DNA of 64,000 nucleotides from a virus: IMG/VR virus record IMGVR_UViG_3300028653_000010; one strand, 5' to 3'. Shown piece by piece: positions 51,305 to 61,652 of this stretch (position 1 is its first letter; each line of letters starts with the position of its first letter). The notes under the pieces were generated by a model. It saw only the letters and a program-made list of their open reading frames with translations, ran no database searches and was not told where the DNA came from. The position numbers and the translations under genes were made by a program.

Positions 51305-51900
51305 AAAGCACCTAGGTTACAAGAAGATTATATCTTGCTTACCCCGTGGTGAACGATCTTGCTGTAATTCAAAGCGTAGGTAGAGCTTTTGAGGTTGCCT
51401 CTCTACGCTTTTTAGATACCCCTCAAGCCTAACTATCTCGAACACTACGAGCCACGGTGTACAATGCCTTATGGCAAAGGCAACTAAACACACGCACACT
51501 TACCGAAACGGAACCAAAGTCACGTTATTGGCTACTCATAAAGGACTTCGAGTCCATTGGAAGACGGAGGGAGCTGAAAAGCGCCATCCAGCCTACACGG
51601 TCTCCTGGGACAAGGTAGATAAGCTCAGGTCTGCGCAGATGACTCCTGAATCTCATCCTGCATAACCCAACACAGGTACTGGTAGACAGGCAGAAGCTCG
51701 TCCAGAGCCTCAAGGGCAAGAGGGTCTGGACGAGCTTCTGCTTTTATGAGCTTGAGGGCCCATTCAATATGCCACCAAGCCTCTTCCAAGTACAGGTCCT
51801 GATTGGAACCACTGGTAGACGCCTCGACTAGGAGGCAGCTTGCCAGTTCGACTCGTGATCTCAATGGGTTTTGGTCAACAAGGAGCATGAACATACCCGC

Positions 51901-51930
51901 TATTACGCGCAAGGGTATGCGGATCTCAAC
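51901..51930 (-). promoter_or_regulatory. Class A promoter-like motif
   Basis: GTTGAGAtccgcatacccttgcgCGTAATAgcgggtATG (start at 51894). Confidence 0.75.
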
Positions 51931-52157
51931 TAAAACTCTACGCTAGGGTTGGGTTCTTCCAGCCGTCTTGTTGTCTGATCTGTAGAATCTGCTGGATTGA
52001 TAGCTTATCTTCGTCCTCAGGCCACCCTTGCTCTTTACAGTACCTCTGTATGAAGGCATGACGGGCGTCGAGTATTGCTTGCGTCTTGTCGGCATCATCC
52101 TGAGTTCCGATAACAAATACACTCTCAGAACTATTTGGTATGTGCACTGTCGGCATG

Positions 52158-53297
52158 TTACAGACCCTGAAGTCTCTCGAGTCTGCTTTCAATGGATTCA
52201 GTCTGCTTGTTGAGCTTGTTTTGCGCCAACTCGCGCGCTCTCAGACGATCTCCCGCGCTACCCTCAAACCACAGAGCGAGCCCTTCGACATGGATCTCAG
52301 CTGTCCACTCACCGTCACCATTACTCTTCTCGGCCAGGACTAGATCCTCGTCATGGTAATGGGCTCGTGTTGGGCTCAGGCTGGTCATAGGCATGCCCAT
52401 CCAGGTGTCGTACTCTGACGGGGGCTCGTCGTCAACCGTGTGGGTTTCCACGGGGGTTTCTTGCTCCTCAGGCTCCTCAGGCTCGTCAGACTTACCCAAA
52501 CCCTCATCCACTACTTCATACTCAGCTTCCAAAATCATTGGATTAGTACCATGGTCCTGGTCCTGGTCCTGGTCCTGGTAACCTTCGGACGTCGATTCAG
52601 CTTCGCTTTCTCCCTGAAGAGTAACCTCGTCTCTCTCGACCGGAGATACCTTGGGCTTGTTGCGCAAAGAGTAGATACTCTTAACCGGGCAGTGGAACAT
52701 GTTCTTGTACCCACTGAGGACATTGCTCACCGAGCTCCGGCGCTTGGGCATCCAGGTTCTTGCCTGAAGTCGCTGGCAGATCTCGTCAAAACCTAGGGTT
52801 TCCCTTCCTATGACATATAGGATTCGTGCCAGCAAAGTTACGGGTATCTCGGTTTCTTCTGGGGTACTCTTCTTGGTCACAACAACAACCTCCACTGGCG
52901 GCTTGAGAGTATCGCTACTCTCTTGTGACATCTTTACCACAGGTTGGGGAGGACTTGTATCAATATCCTCACTAATCTCCAGGGCACTAACCTCCAGGGC
53001 ACTAATCTCCAGAGCTCGGGCCTCCAGTACTTCCCTGCGCTCAATTTGCGCAAGGAGCTTCTTTGCCTTCAAGATCTCCTCGTCCTGTAGACGTCGGGAT
53101 TCCTCGATAGCCAAACCCTTATCTGTAAATAGAGCGCTCTCGCTGGCCACAAATTCAAAATAGTCTGTTATGGATCGGACTACTACTGGGTCAGGAGGTA
53201 CAAAAGCCAAGTTCTGCCCCCCGGTACCTGCCTCAAGGATTATGACAGGTGTGACTCGTCCAGTTCCAGCTATCCAACGGGTAATAGGGGTCGTCAT
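52158..53297 (-). CDS. Acidic multidomain protein with a central wHTH and short tandem repeats
   Basis: ALE[IV]S x3 and QD repeats; wHTH related to 38867..39385. A class A motif lies at 53307-53335. Confidence 0.55.
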   Translation of the reverse strand: MTTPITRWIAGTGRVTPVIILEAGTGGQNLAFVPPDPVVVRSITDYFEFVASESALFTDKGLAIEESRRLQDEEILKAKKLLAQIERREVLEARALEISALEVSALEISEDIDTSPPQPVVKMSQESSDTLKPPVEVVVVTKKSTPEETEIPVTLLARILYVIGRETLGFDEICQRLQARTWMPKRRSSVSNVLSGYKNMFHCPVKSIYSLRNKPKVSPVERDEVTLQGESEAESTSEGYQDQDQDQDHGTNPMILEAEYEVVDEGLGKSDEPEEPEEQETPVETHTVDDEPPSEYDTWMGMPMTSLSPTRAHYHDEDLVLAEKSNGDGEWTAEIHVEGLALWFEGSAGDRLRARELAQNKLNKQTESIESRLERLQGL

Positions 53298-53431
53298 GCA
53301 ACACGTTATTACGCACGACGACTCGATAACTCAACTTAATTGTCAAAATAACTTTGAGTTTGGCAAAGTGCCACTGTAGGCTAAAATCCGTTTGGGTATC
53401 CGGTGTACTAATCGGACGAAAGGACGGCTCT

Positions 53432-53581
53432 ATGCCTAAAGCCAAAGTTAGTACAGTAAAGGTGAAAAAGATTGGTCGAGACTCTGGGAGTGGCGAGTTC
53501 ATCCCGGTGACAGAAGCCAAGAAGCGACCCAAGACTACGACAGTTGAGACAGTCAAGGTTGCCAAGAAGAAGGGCCGGTGA
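53432..53581 (+). CDS. Small basic protein (GRD..SGEFI...EA..RP.TT type)
   Basis: 49 aa, with SD AAGGA and GGTGTA upstream. Confidence 0.6.
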   Translation: MPKAKVSTVKVKKIGRDSGSGEFIPVTEAKKRPKTTTVETVKVAKKKGR

Positions 53582-54013
53582 CCAAGTGTCGAGTAGGGCC
53601 ATCCGCGGTGTAACCAACTTAGATGGCCCTACTCGACTTCAAGCTGGATGAATACGAATCCTTCATCAGTAAAGCCTACCACCACTCACAGTGTGAGAGT
53701 CACGAGGCCACCAGAGAAGAAGTGATCCTATGGCGTCGGGTTAAAGAGCTAGAATTGATCATACAGAACCTCAGGCCGCCGATTGTCAACGAGATGCTCG
53801 CGGCTATCCCCAGAGATGTTGATAAAGTGTGGGTAAACGTGAGGTCAATGGAACTTCTTCAGCGTCACGCTAAAGATGTGATTCGACTCGATGTGCTTCC
53901 AGGGAAGTACCAGGAGGTTTGGGGGGCGATTCAGTTCCTCGTCGACTACAATGGACTTGAGCAACCGCATACAGTCTGGCTCGCTTGTGATCGAAACTTA
54001 CCTGATGGTGTGG

Positions 54014-54388
54014 TCAGCACTGAGAGAGCTTCCACTTATCTGACGCCGGTAGCTGAAACTCTCCGATCTCAACCTTTCCATCAGGCAGTTGATTCGGATC
54101 CAGTACAACCTTGATATTACTCCCCTCAAAGCTCTTCAGAAACTCACTTCCGACCCCGATCCTCTTCACCTCATACTCAAAGACCTGCGCCTTCAGCATA
54201 AAGATCCTGAGGGCATCAATATCAGTGAAACAAGGTAGATAGTACTGACCTGGGCTTGAACTCGAGGTTACGTAGACGGGAACCCCATTTGCCCAAGGAA
54301 GAAACTTCCCCGAAAGGTCGTCTTCCTTGAACTCGTTACCTAGGAATGATTTAGGACCTTCTGACACGCGCGCCAAAGATAGCACCAA
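54014..54388 (-). CDS. SseB-like protein
   Basis: YLPCFTDIDAL...VVLDP pattern. Confidence 0.4.
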   Translation of the reverse strand: MVLSLARVSEGPKSFLGNEFKEDDLSGKFLPWANGVPVYVTSSSSPGQYYLPCFTDIDALRIFMLKAQVFEYEVKRIGVGSEFLKSFEGSNIKVVLDPNQLPDGKVEIGEFQLPASDKWKLSQC

Positions 54389-54718
54389 TTATGGACCCAA
54401 CGCAAATTCTAAAGATATCGAGTAAGTACGAAGAAGTACTTCAGGCTACAGGTGCACGAGCCCAAAAGTGTGACACTTCACTGAACTTAAAGACAGGGGA
54501 CCCTTGTGCTTTTGACCATTGCCTATGGATGTGCAGTGAAGTTGAACATCAAGTTCGATTGGGGGATCGTGACAAGGCCATGCGATGGATCTGCTTTATT
54601 CAGGGGGTTCTATGGGCCTCGGGGCTTCTGAGCATCGATTCAATGCGGGATGATAATCGACCCGCGGTTGGAAGCACAACCTAATATGCTTAGTGTACTT
54701 GTACCCTGGTAAAGTGTC

Positions 54719-55567
54719 GTGTTGCAAGTTAATGACAGGTTAGAAAAACTTTTCAGGGTTACAAAGAGAACCCCACCTCTTGATCCTGATGAGGAGTTGC
54801 GTCTATTCGAACAGTGGCGTACTGCGGGTGATGCTAAAGCCAAGGTGCGTATCATCGAGGCATCAATGCGTCATGTGGTGGCTCTAGCCATCATGTATCG
54901 CCGCTACCCCATAGCTACCGATGATCTGGTCTCTGAGGGTAGTCTTGGTCTGATGCATGCCTTCGACAAGTTCAAGCCTGAGATGGGCAATAGGTTTGTA
55001 ACCTATGCATCTTACTGGATCAAAGCGTTTATGTACAATGCGATCCTTGCTTACCACTTGGAAACTCACACTCAAGGAAAGGTTAGGAGCGATAACTTCT
55101 ACCAGTACAAGCGGGAGCGTAACAAGGCAGAGAGCCTGTATGGTAGATCTGAGCAGGCTGACTCTTACTTGATGGATAAGCTCAAGATCACATCAGCTCA
55201 ACTAAGTAAGTTGAAGAGAGTCATGGAGTGGTCAGATGTATCCACTGATCTACCAGCCTACGATGATGCTCAAACGACGCTAGGAGACACCCTCGAGTTC
55301 AACGGAGACAGCCCCGAGGACTTGGTTATTAGCAATAGGCAGGTCACTGGAATCAAGAGCATAGTCAAGAAGAGCCTGACCTACCTTGACAAGAGGGAGC
55401 GCTACATTGCTGAAACCCGCCTCATGAGATTTCACGAGGACTCTAAGACCCTTGAAGAGATAGGTAAGGACCTTGGGGTTACTAGAGAGAGAGTTCGTCA
55501 GTTGGAGTCCCGTGCGAAGCGCAAACTCAAAGTGCACCTGCATCAACTTATGAATTTAGCCACCTAG
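54719..55567 (+). CDS. Sigma-70 family factor, RpoH/sigma32-like
   Basis: Region 1.2 PLDPDEELRL, region 2 DDLVSEGSLGLMHAFDKFKPEMGNRFVTYASYWIK, and region 4 TLEEIGKDLGVTRERVRQLE. Confidence 0.9.
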   Translation: MLQVNDRLEKLFRVTKRTPPLDPDEELRLFEQWRTAGDAKAKVRIIEASMRHVVALAIMYRRYPIATDDLVSEGSLGLMHAFDKFKPEMGNRFVTYASYWIKAFMYNAILAYHLETHTQGKVRSDNFYQYKRERNKAESLYGRSEQADSYLMDKLKITSAQLSKLKRVMEWSDVSTDLPAYDDAQTTLGDTLEFNGDSPEDLVISNRQVTGIKSIVKKSLTYLDKRERYIAETRLMRFHEDSKTLEEIGKDLGVTRERVRQLESRAKRKLKVHLHQLMNLAT

Positions 55568-56843
55568 GTTGAACATTGGAACGTAGGGTACCCTAAAACC
55601 TACGCTAATTGGTAACAAAATTGAAGCGATTGATCCGGCCAGGTGTCTATGATATTACGATTTGATGACCAAGTTCCGTAGACCGCCTATGCCTGACGCA
55701 CGGTTGGACTTGGACTTCTCCACAGTCGCACCGGGAAGCGTAGTAACCCATGACGACACTGAGGGCTCGCACTACGCGATTGTCCTTGACATCTACCCTG
55801 GGAGTTACGCTGACATCCTCATGTTCAGCTCCAAGGAGCTTGGGTACAGAGCTAGACCCCTCACCCAGGAAGAACTGGCGCTAGCTGGGTACATCAACTC
55901 GAAGAAGACCTTCATCTCATTGAAGAGGCGACCAATCTGGGAACTCCGCCCCCGCGGGCTAGAATTCCCAGATCATCGAGTCGAAGAACTCAGAAAAGAG
56001 TTCATGAGCCCACCCGTAGCCGGGGAACAAGTCTTCGACATCACTGACTGTGGTTAGTTCTCCGAATCACACTCGCTGCTGACTCTGGCCAAGTATTGCT
56101 CAGCATTCTCACCTGGGGCCGCCGCGTGGTTCTCTTTGATGTACTCGAGAGCATACTCCTGAGCTTCCTGATGGCTACCGAAGGAGGTAAACTCGAGGGG
56201 TTGCTTGCCATCTGCAGTATCATTCGAAACGACGTAGATAGCATCACCCTCCTCAGCAATACCAATTTGGACGTCAAGCGCAAAAACTTCACCGTCTTCA
56301 GTCTCATCCACGAAGGTGTATGAACCAACGGTGGTCCACATGGAAAGAGACTCAACATCGGGCTTGGCTATCAAGATCCCTTCGGGAACGTACAAGCCAG
56401 TCTGGGGTCCAAACTCACCTTCTACTGGGTCGTTGAGTTGAACGATGTACATGTAAAGGGGGCAAGAATATGCGATGCCAGTGATGGTTCCGCGGTGGTG
56501 TTGGTCACTAACACGAACTTCGATCTCATCCTCAATCTGATGTTTTGGATACTGCTCAGTCATGTTTCAGGCTTTCCCCCAGACCTAAACCTTCAGCGAA
56601 CTCAGCTGCTTTAATACAGTCGATGTCTGGGAAGTTGTTAGTGGATAAGGCTATGTAAGCAATGTAGCCCATTCGTAAAGAGTACGTCGAGTGTCCTTGC
56701 ATAGAGTTGATAACGTCAATCGATGCTACTCTTGCCAGGCGGTAACCGCAAATGAAGTCGTTGTGGTCGATCGCTTGTGGCCTCAGCGTGCTTATTCCTT
56801 CAGGTAGAATGGTATCAGAGTTCATTACAGTTCTCGTAGAGGG

Positions 56844-56872
56844 TATTACGCACGGCGCTCTCTGGTCTCAAC
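56844..56872 (-). promoter_or_regulatory. Class A promoter-like motif
   Basis: GTTGAGAccagagagcgccgtgCGTAATA upstream of the start at 56825. Confidence 0.7.
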
Positions 56873-57158
56873 TAAAATCGTAGTAGTTAGGTCAGTTAGT
56901 CAATCTGGGGGGTAGCAGGTCATGAAATACGAACCCATCGGGTGACTTGGCGAGTAGCAAGCGCATACCCGGTTTCAACTCAGGGTACTTCTCTGAATCT
57001 TCCTTGGTGATAGTGAACTTGTATACGGTTTCGTCAACTTCCGCGCCCCCATTTTTGGCTCTGTCCCAGAAATCTTGGACATAAGCAGGCTCTCCTTCAA
57101 AGGTATCAGGTCGGTCATTCATATTGTGCTCTCACTAGGCCCGTAGGCTCTCATAGGC

Positions 57159-57187
57159 TATTACGTTTCAAGTTCCTAATTCTCAAC
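57159..57187 (-). promoter_or_regulatory. Class A promoter-like motif
   Basis: GTTGAGAattaggaacttgaaaCGTAATA upstream of the start at 57122. Confidence 0.7.
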
Positions 57188-57217
57188 AGTTTTTCCTTTG
57201 GTGTATTGCTGGGGTGT

Positions 57218-57760
57218 ATGGCCGACTCAGAATCTCCCCCCATCTCCCCTTTCTGGTCTAAAGCAAAGATAGTCCTAGGGTTCGCCCCAATCGTGGTAGC
57301 TCTCATTACCTCGGTCATCGGCTTGATCAAAGCCTATGACCAGACAGGCCAAAAAGCGATCTACGAGACGTTGGGAAAAAAGGTAGAGGAGAACGCAGCG
57401 GCCATCCAAGATACCCACTCGGATGTCAAAGAAGTTTGGGCATATCTAAACGGTATGGCCGCCTCTAAGACTGCAGCCCTCACAAATACTTCGACTTCTA
57501 CTAGTACTTCAACGACTCCAGCCCTACCACCCAAGGTGTCCACCTTCTACAAGCCTAAGAAGAAGGAGCCACTCCCCATTGAGGAAGTTGTGGGTCCCGA
57601 GGAAGCAGCAAGCGCTTCAGAGCAACCAAGAGTAGCGTTCAGCGCGGCTCAGGCTGCCCCTGAATCTCGTCTTGTGCATGCCCTCCCCGAGATATCTCAA
57701 GCACCGAGCCCATCGAAGCTACCCTCGTTCGAACAGGTGATTCAGGACTCGAAGAAGTAA
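57218..57760 (+). CDS. Single-TM protein with coiled coil and Ser/Thr/Pro-rich tail
   Basis: Hydrophobic IVLGFAPIVVALITSVIGLI segment; GGTGTA lies 12 nt upstream. Confidence 0.5.
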   Translation: MADSESPPISPFWSKAKIVLGFAPIVVALITSVIGLIKAYDQTGQKAIYETLGKKVEENAAAIQDTHSDVKEVWAYLNGMAASKTAALTNTSTSTSTSTTPALPPKVSTFYKPKKKEPLPIEEVVGPEEAASASEQPRVAFSAAQAAPESRLVHALPEISQAPSPSKLPSFEQVIQDSKK

Positions 57761-58158
57761 GCTCAGGGCTTCCAACCCTTCGGAGGCTTCCAACCGGCGG
57801 CTAACGCCTGCGTAGCCCAATCAGGCCAAGGTACCCCACTCAAGGTTACTTTGGCGAGCGCTCTGACTTTAGCAAGAGCGGCTGTAGCATGACTCTTAGA
57901 TTCCCACCAGAATCCGATACGATCATGTCCACAATATCCCTTTGGGCCCTCTTCTATAACTTGAAACCCGGCCCGTTCGTAAGCCCAGAATTCTCGCGCT
58001 TCATGGTCACTCGGGATCTCATCTGAAGGCTTCTTTCTTGATTGCCCACAGTAAGCACCCAGGTCGGTATCCCCGTCAGTATTGATCTCCCACTGGATTC
58101 GATACCCTGGACCGCCTCTTTCGCTTTCTACAACAATGATTCTGTCAGCCATACTCTC

Positions 58159-58187
58159 TATTACGTGTGAGGGGGCTATAACTCAAC
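58159..58187 (-). promoter_or_regulatory. Class A promoter-like motif
   Basis: GTTGAGTtatagccccctcacaCGTAATAgagagtATG (start at 58152). Confidence 0.75.
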
Positions 58188-58261
58188 AAGAAACGGGTAG
58201 GGTTCTCACTACGGTTTTAGATTGACAGGCCGATAGCAAGCCGGCAAGGTGCGCGACGGAC

Positions 58262-58825
58262 ATGTTGAGTTTCCTGGGTTTTGGGGTCACCTGCTTCGTA
58301 GCTATCCTGGGTGGCCGATGGCTCCTCAAGATGAACACGAACCGGGAATTCAATGAGAAGCTACGGATATGGGGGAGTTTCTTCATACTGTCTCTATACG
58401 TAGTCACCGTGATCCAGGTCAACCGGTGGGCTCCGTATAGCTACATCGCGTTGCCAGTGACCATAACTTGGTTCGTTGGCCTAGTTCTCTATGATCACCA
58501 GCAGTACGAGTGGAGAATGCGCCGGCAGAGTGCCCGGGTTATGAACTTTGCACTGAACTACGGGATGTCTCCTGGGAGGCTTATGTCCATGTCAGGGAGC
58601 GGAGAACTTCGACCAGACCCGCACCCTTCTACTGTAACCCCAATAGCTTGGGATGCTGAAGGTGAGATGTGGGTTGCGACTAATCCAGAGGCTAGTACCG
58701 TAGAACCTACCACCATCGGTGGATCAAGTATCAGATTCAGCAAGACAAAAACTATACGTTTGGCCAAACCAGTTCGAGTATCACGATATGAACGAATAGC
58801 CGACCCGCTCAAGTGGGTGATCTAG
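58262..58825 (+). CDS. Membrane protein (about 3 TM) with variant RYER tag (SRYERIADPLKWVI)
   Basis: Hydrophobic segments; the motif carries a 5-aa insertion. Confidence 0.65.
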   Translation: MLSFLGFGVTCFVAILGGRWLLKMNTNREFNEKLRIWGSFFILSLYVVTVIQVNRWAPYSYIALPVTITWFVGLVLYDHQQYEWRMRRQSARVMNFALNYGMSPGRLMSMSGSGELRPDPHPSTVTPIAWDAEGEMWVATNPEASTVEPTTIGGSSIRFSKTKTIRLAKPVRVSRYERIADPLKWVI

Positions 58826-59286
58826 AGAGAATCAGAAACGCGACCTAACTCTAGCTTCTTCCTCTTTGTCAGCTTTGAATAGCAGTTCAACCTGCCTTTT
58901 GGGGATTCCATCCGTGCGCCAGGTTGGATACGGGGTCTCATCCTTCTTGTCCCACCAGCGCTTCCGATAGCCCCTGAAGCCTGGAACGTCTTCTGGGATA
59001 GTACAGGCTATCGCGCCCCCACGCCGGCAGATACCCCAACCGCTTGCCCCTTTCTGAATAACTCGAGTCACCGGTGCGTACCCGCGGAGCTTCCCCCAAG
59101 AGACGATATACAGGCGCTCGCCAGCTTCGATCTTTGGCTTGGCACCCCCGATCCAATAAGCCCACTCCTCCCCGCTCTCGGAGGACCCAGCCGGGTCGCC
59201 TTCTTTGATCCAATAGGCCCACACGTTCTTGGGTACGGTTACGACGAGATCCATGGCTACACAGTACACCTCGTCCAAAAGGAATA

Positions 59287-59919
59287 CTAGGGGTCCAAGC
59301 CAGCGCTCGAAGCACGAGCTAATTGGTCCAAAGCCTTATCCTTGACCTGGCATATGTACGCCTCAGTAACACCCAGGTAATCAGCTATTTCTCTGAGTTT
59401 ATAGTCCTCAAAGCAATACATTGAGATGATAAGAGCCTCTTTCTTAGTTAGTAAGCTGAGGGCCTCTATCACCTTCCTTAGTTCAACCCGCGCGTGCACA
59501 AGCTCATCCACTGGACTATCACCAGAGTCAACGATATTAGGCTCCAAAGTGTCAAACTTGGGCATCACGCCACTCATAGTCTTCTTCTTGCGCCTGAGGG
59601 GGGTTGAGTTTCGGATCTCATCAATGATGTGGCCTTTGATCCTCCGTCGAGCGTAGTACTTGAACTCGTCGCGCGTGCCCCTCCACTTGCGACAAGCATC
59701 CCATAAGCCTATCAAACCCCACTGATAGAGTTCTTGGTATTGTAGAAAAGGTACACACTTTTTGGCATAGTACCCAGCGATACTTGCTACCATATTCGTG
59801 TTGATTTCGAATAGTTCTTGATTATTCTGATTAGTATGTAGCGCGGACACAAGTAGGTCCAACTCCTCCACTTTTAGGTAAAGCGGGTCACCTAAGATGA
59901 TGAGGATAAGTAGAAACAT
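59287..59919 (-). CDS. Sigma-70 family factor, FliA/WhiG-like
   Basis: QELYQWGLIGLWDACRKW...YARRRIKGHIIDEIR and region 4 LREIADYLGVTEAYICQV. Confidence 0.85.
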   Translation of the reverse strand: MFLLILIILGDPLYLKVEELDLLVSALHTNQNNQELFEINTNMVASIAGYYAKKCVPFLQYQELYQWGLIGLWDACRKWRGTRDEFKYYARRRIKGHIIDEIRNSTPLRRKKKTMSGVMPKFDTLEPNIVDSGDSPVDELVHARVELRKVIEALSLLTKKEALIISMYCFEDYKLREIADYLGVTEAYICQVKDKALDQLARASSAGLDP

Positions 59920-60236
59920 CCTCGCACATCGGTATTAAACCGCGTAGCTAGAACCTTAACAATCCTACCTTTCGGTGTAGTAGTCAAACATGTCCTCAAT
60001 CAAAGGTGAGACTACGTTTGTTGAGATCAATTGGGTAGAGGTCACTGATCAAGACATCGCAAAAGTAGCAGAAGTATCAGGGCTTTCAGCTGATAGAATT
60101 AAACAGTACTTGGAGAGTGAGGAGCAGAATAATAACATTCTGCGTTATTTCGCTCTTATCCGGGTCTACCCAACCGGCAAGCTCTTTCAATCGTACAAGC
60201 AACCCATCTAGAATCTGTTTTTGGAGTAGTAGTGAC

Positions 60237-60764
60237 ATGGTGAATAGCCCTTACCGACGGGTGTACCTTGCGGGTCCTGATGTTTTCTTCCCTGATGTGG
60301 CCGATCGTTCGGCTAGGTTGAAAGATACTTGTCGCCACTTTGGCTTCGAAGGCGTGTTTCCATTGGATTCTGATCTTAAACTAGCGAATCCCATCAACAC
60401 CGAGGAGAATGGGTACTTCATCTACGAAGCCAATATCAAGCTAATCCAAAGCTGTCATGCTATATTGGCCAATATCAGTCCGTTCCGAGGACCGTCACTC
60501 GATGCGGGTACTGCGTTCGAGATTGGATTCGGTCGCGCCCTTGGATTGGAGATCGTCGCATACACTTCGAGCCTAAGCCTGTACAAGAACCGGGTTTCAC
60601 CGGACGGTCTAATGATCGAAGATTTCAACATGGTCGATAATCTCATGATTCATTCGGCTATTCTCGGCTGTGTCTTCCCGAGCCCCAAAGAAGCTCTTGA
60701 CTATTTGGCCATACTGTTCGACTCTGGCGAGCCAACGGCCCGCCTAAGTGTCAAGTTATACTGA
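60237..60764 (+). CDS. Nucleoside 2-deoxyribosyltransferase
   Basis: VYLAGPDVFFPD, ANISPFRG..DAGTAFEIGF and NLMI. Confidence 0.85.
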   Translation: MVNSPYRRVYLAGPDVFFPDVADRSARLKDTCRHFGFEGVFPLDSDLKLANPINTEENGYFIYEANIKLIQSCHAILANISPFRGPSLDAGTAFEIGFGRALGLEIVAYTSSLSLYKNRVSPDGLMIEDFNMVDNLMIHSAILGCVFPSPKEALDYLAILFDSGEPTARLSVKLY

Positions 60765-61383
60765 TATTTCTGACTACTTCGAGTTCGAAGTTTGGTCTCC
60801 GCAGAGTCTCCCGCAGGATGCATATAAGGGAGCTGCGTTCTATCAAGTTCCTCAATATCTCTACTGGACAGTGCTAGAAGCAGACATGAGCTTCAGCCGT
60901 CAACCAGAGATTAACCGGGACTTTCTACGAATACCATTCAGGTGTATCTCGGATGATTACCTAGACTATGCACGAAACTGGGGTAAGATAATGCTACTCC
61001 TTCACGTGAGGGAGCACCTCTCGTCAAACGGATACACGAGCACCCATGACACACTCATTGAGACGGTCAACCGCTTGTCCACTCTCGAGAGCAGTACCAA
61101 GGTACTCACGTTCTCTGATGAACAACGAGATGACCTTCAGTATAGAGTTTCCAGACACCTGGACTCAGCTCATGCTCAGAAGATTGAGTACCCTCAGATG
61201 GAACTACCTGAGGGCGTCGATGAGGACACTGTCTTGGTATTTACGCTACTTGGTAGAATTGTTTGCGGGGTATCTTGCTGTGGGTATGGTATTGCCCTTC
61301 GTAATTGGGGTATCTCCGTTCTCAAGCTACCACCAGTTCCGAAGACGAGATATACCAGAGTACTCGAAGGTCAAGTGATATGA
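60748..61383 (+). CDS. Hypothetical protein with variant tag (TRYTRVLEGQVI)
   Basis: Variant of the shared C-terminal motif. Confidence 0.6.
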   Translation: MSSYTDISDYFEFEVWSPQSLPQDAYKGAAFYQVPQYLYWTVLEADMSFSRQPEINRDFLRIPFRCISDDYLDYARNWGKIMLLLHVREHLSSNGYTSTHDTLIETVNRLSTLESSTKVLTFSDEQRDDLQYRVSRHLDSAHAQKIEYPQMELPEGVDEDTVLVFTLLGRIVCGVSCCGYGIALRNWGISVLKLPPVPKTRYTRVLEGQVI

Positions 61384-61652
61384 GTTCGCGCCGCCTCGAA
61401 GTCAGAGTCATCAAGGGTAACGGGATAGAACCTGAGACCTTCGAGATCCCCATTGAAGGTCAGGATAAGAAGCTAAACTTGTTCGTGTTTCGTAACCCAG
61501 TCATGAGCACACGAGAGATTGAAGACCTTGTTGAGATCTCCAAAAGACTGTCAGGTAACCCCTGTGGTGCTGTTATTCTCGGAGAAGGGGAGTCTTTCGA
61601 GGTGTATGAAGTCGAGATCCCCAATCGATATGAAAGAGAACCGGTCATCTGA
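61380..61652 (+). CDS. Hypothetical protein with C-terminal RYER tag (NRYEREPVI)
   Basis: Shared motif; ATGA coupling. Confidence 0.7.
   Translation: MSSRRLEVRVIKGNGIEPETFEIPIEGQDKKLNLFVFRNPVMSTREIEDLVEISKRLSGNPCGAVILGEGESFEVYEVEIPNRYEREPVI

Noticed and set aside
52552-53012. Short tandem repeats (TGGTCC x4; 15-bp units encoding ALE[IV]S)
   Set aside because: They are in-frame low-complexity coding repeats with no evidence of phase variation.
55662-56057. MazF/PemK-like toxin
   Set aside because: The resemblance is only a vague beta-barrel pattern, the catalytic motif is unconvincing, and no antitoxin is adjacent.
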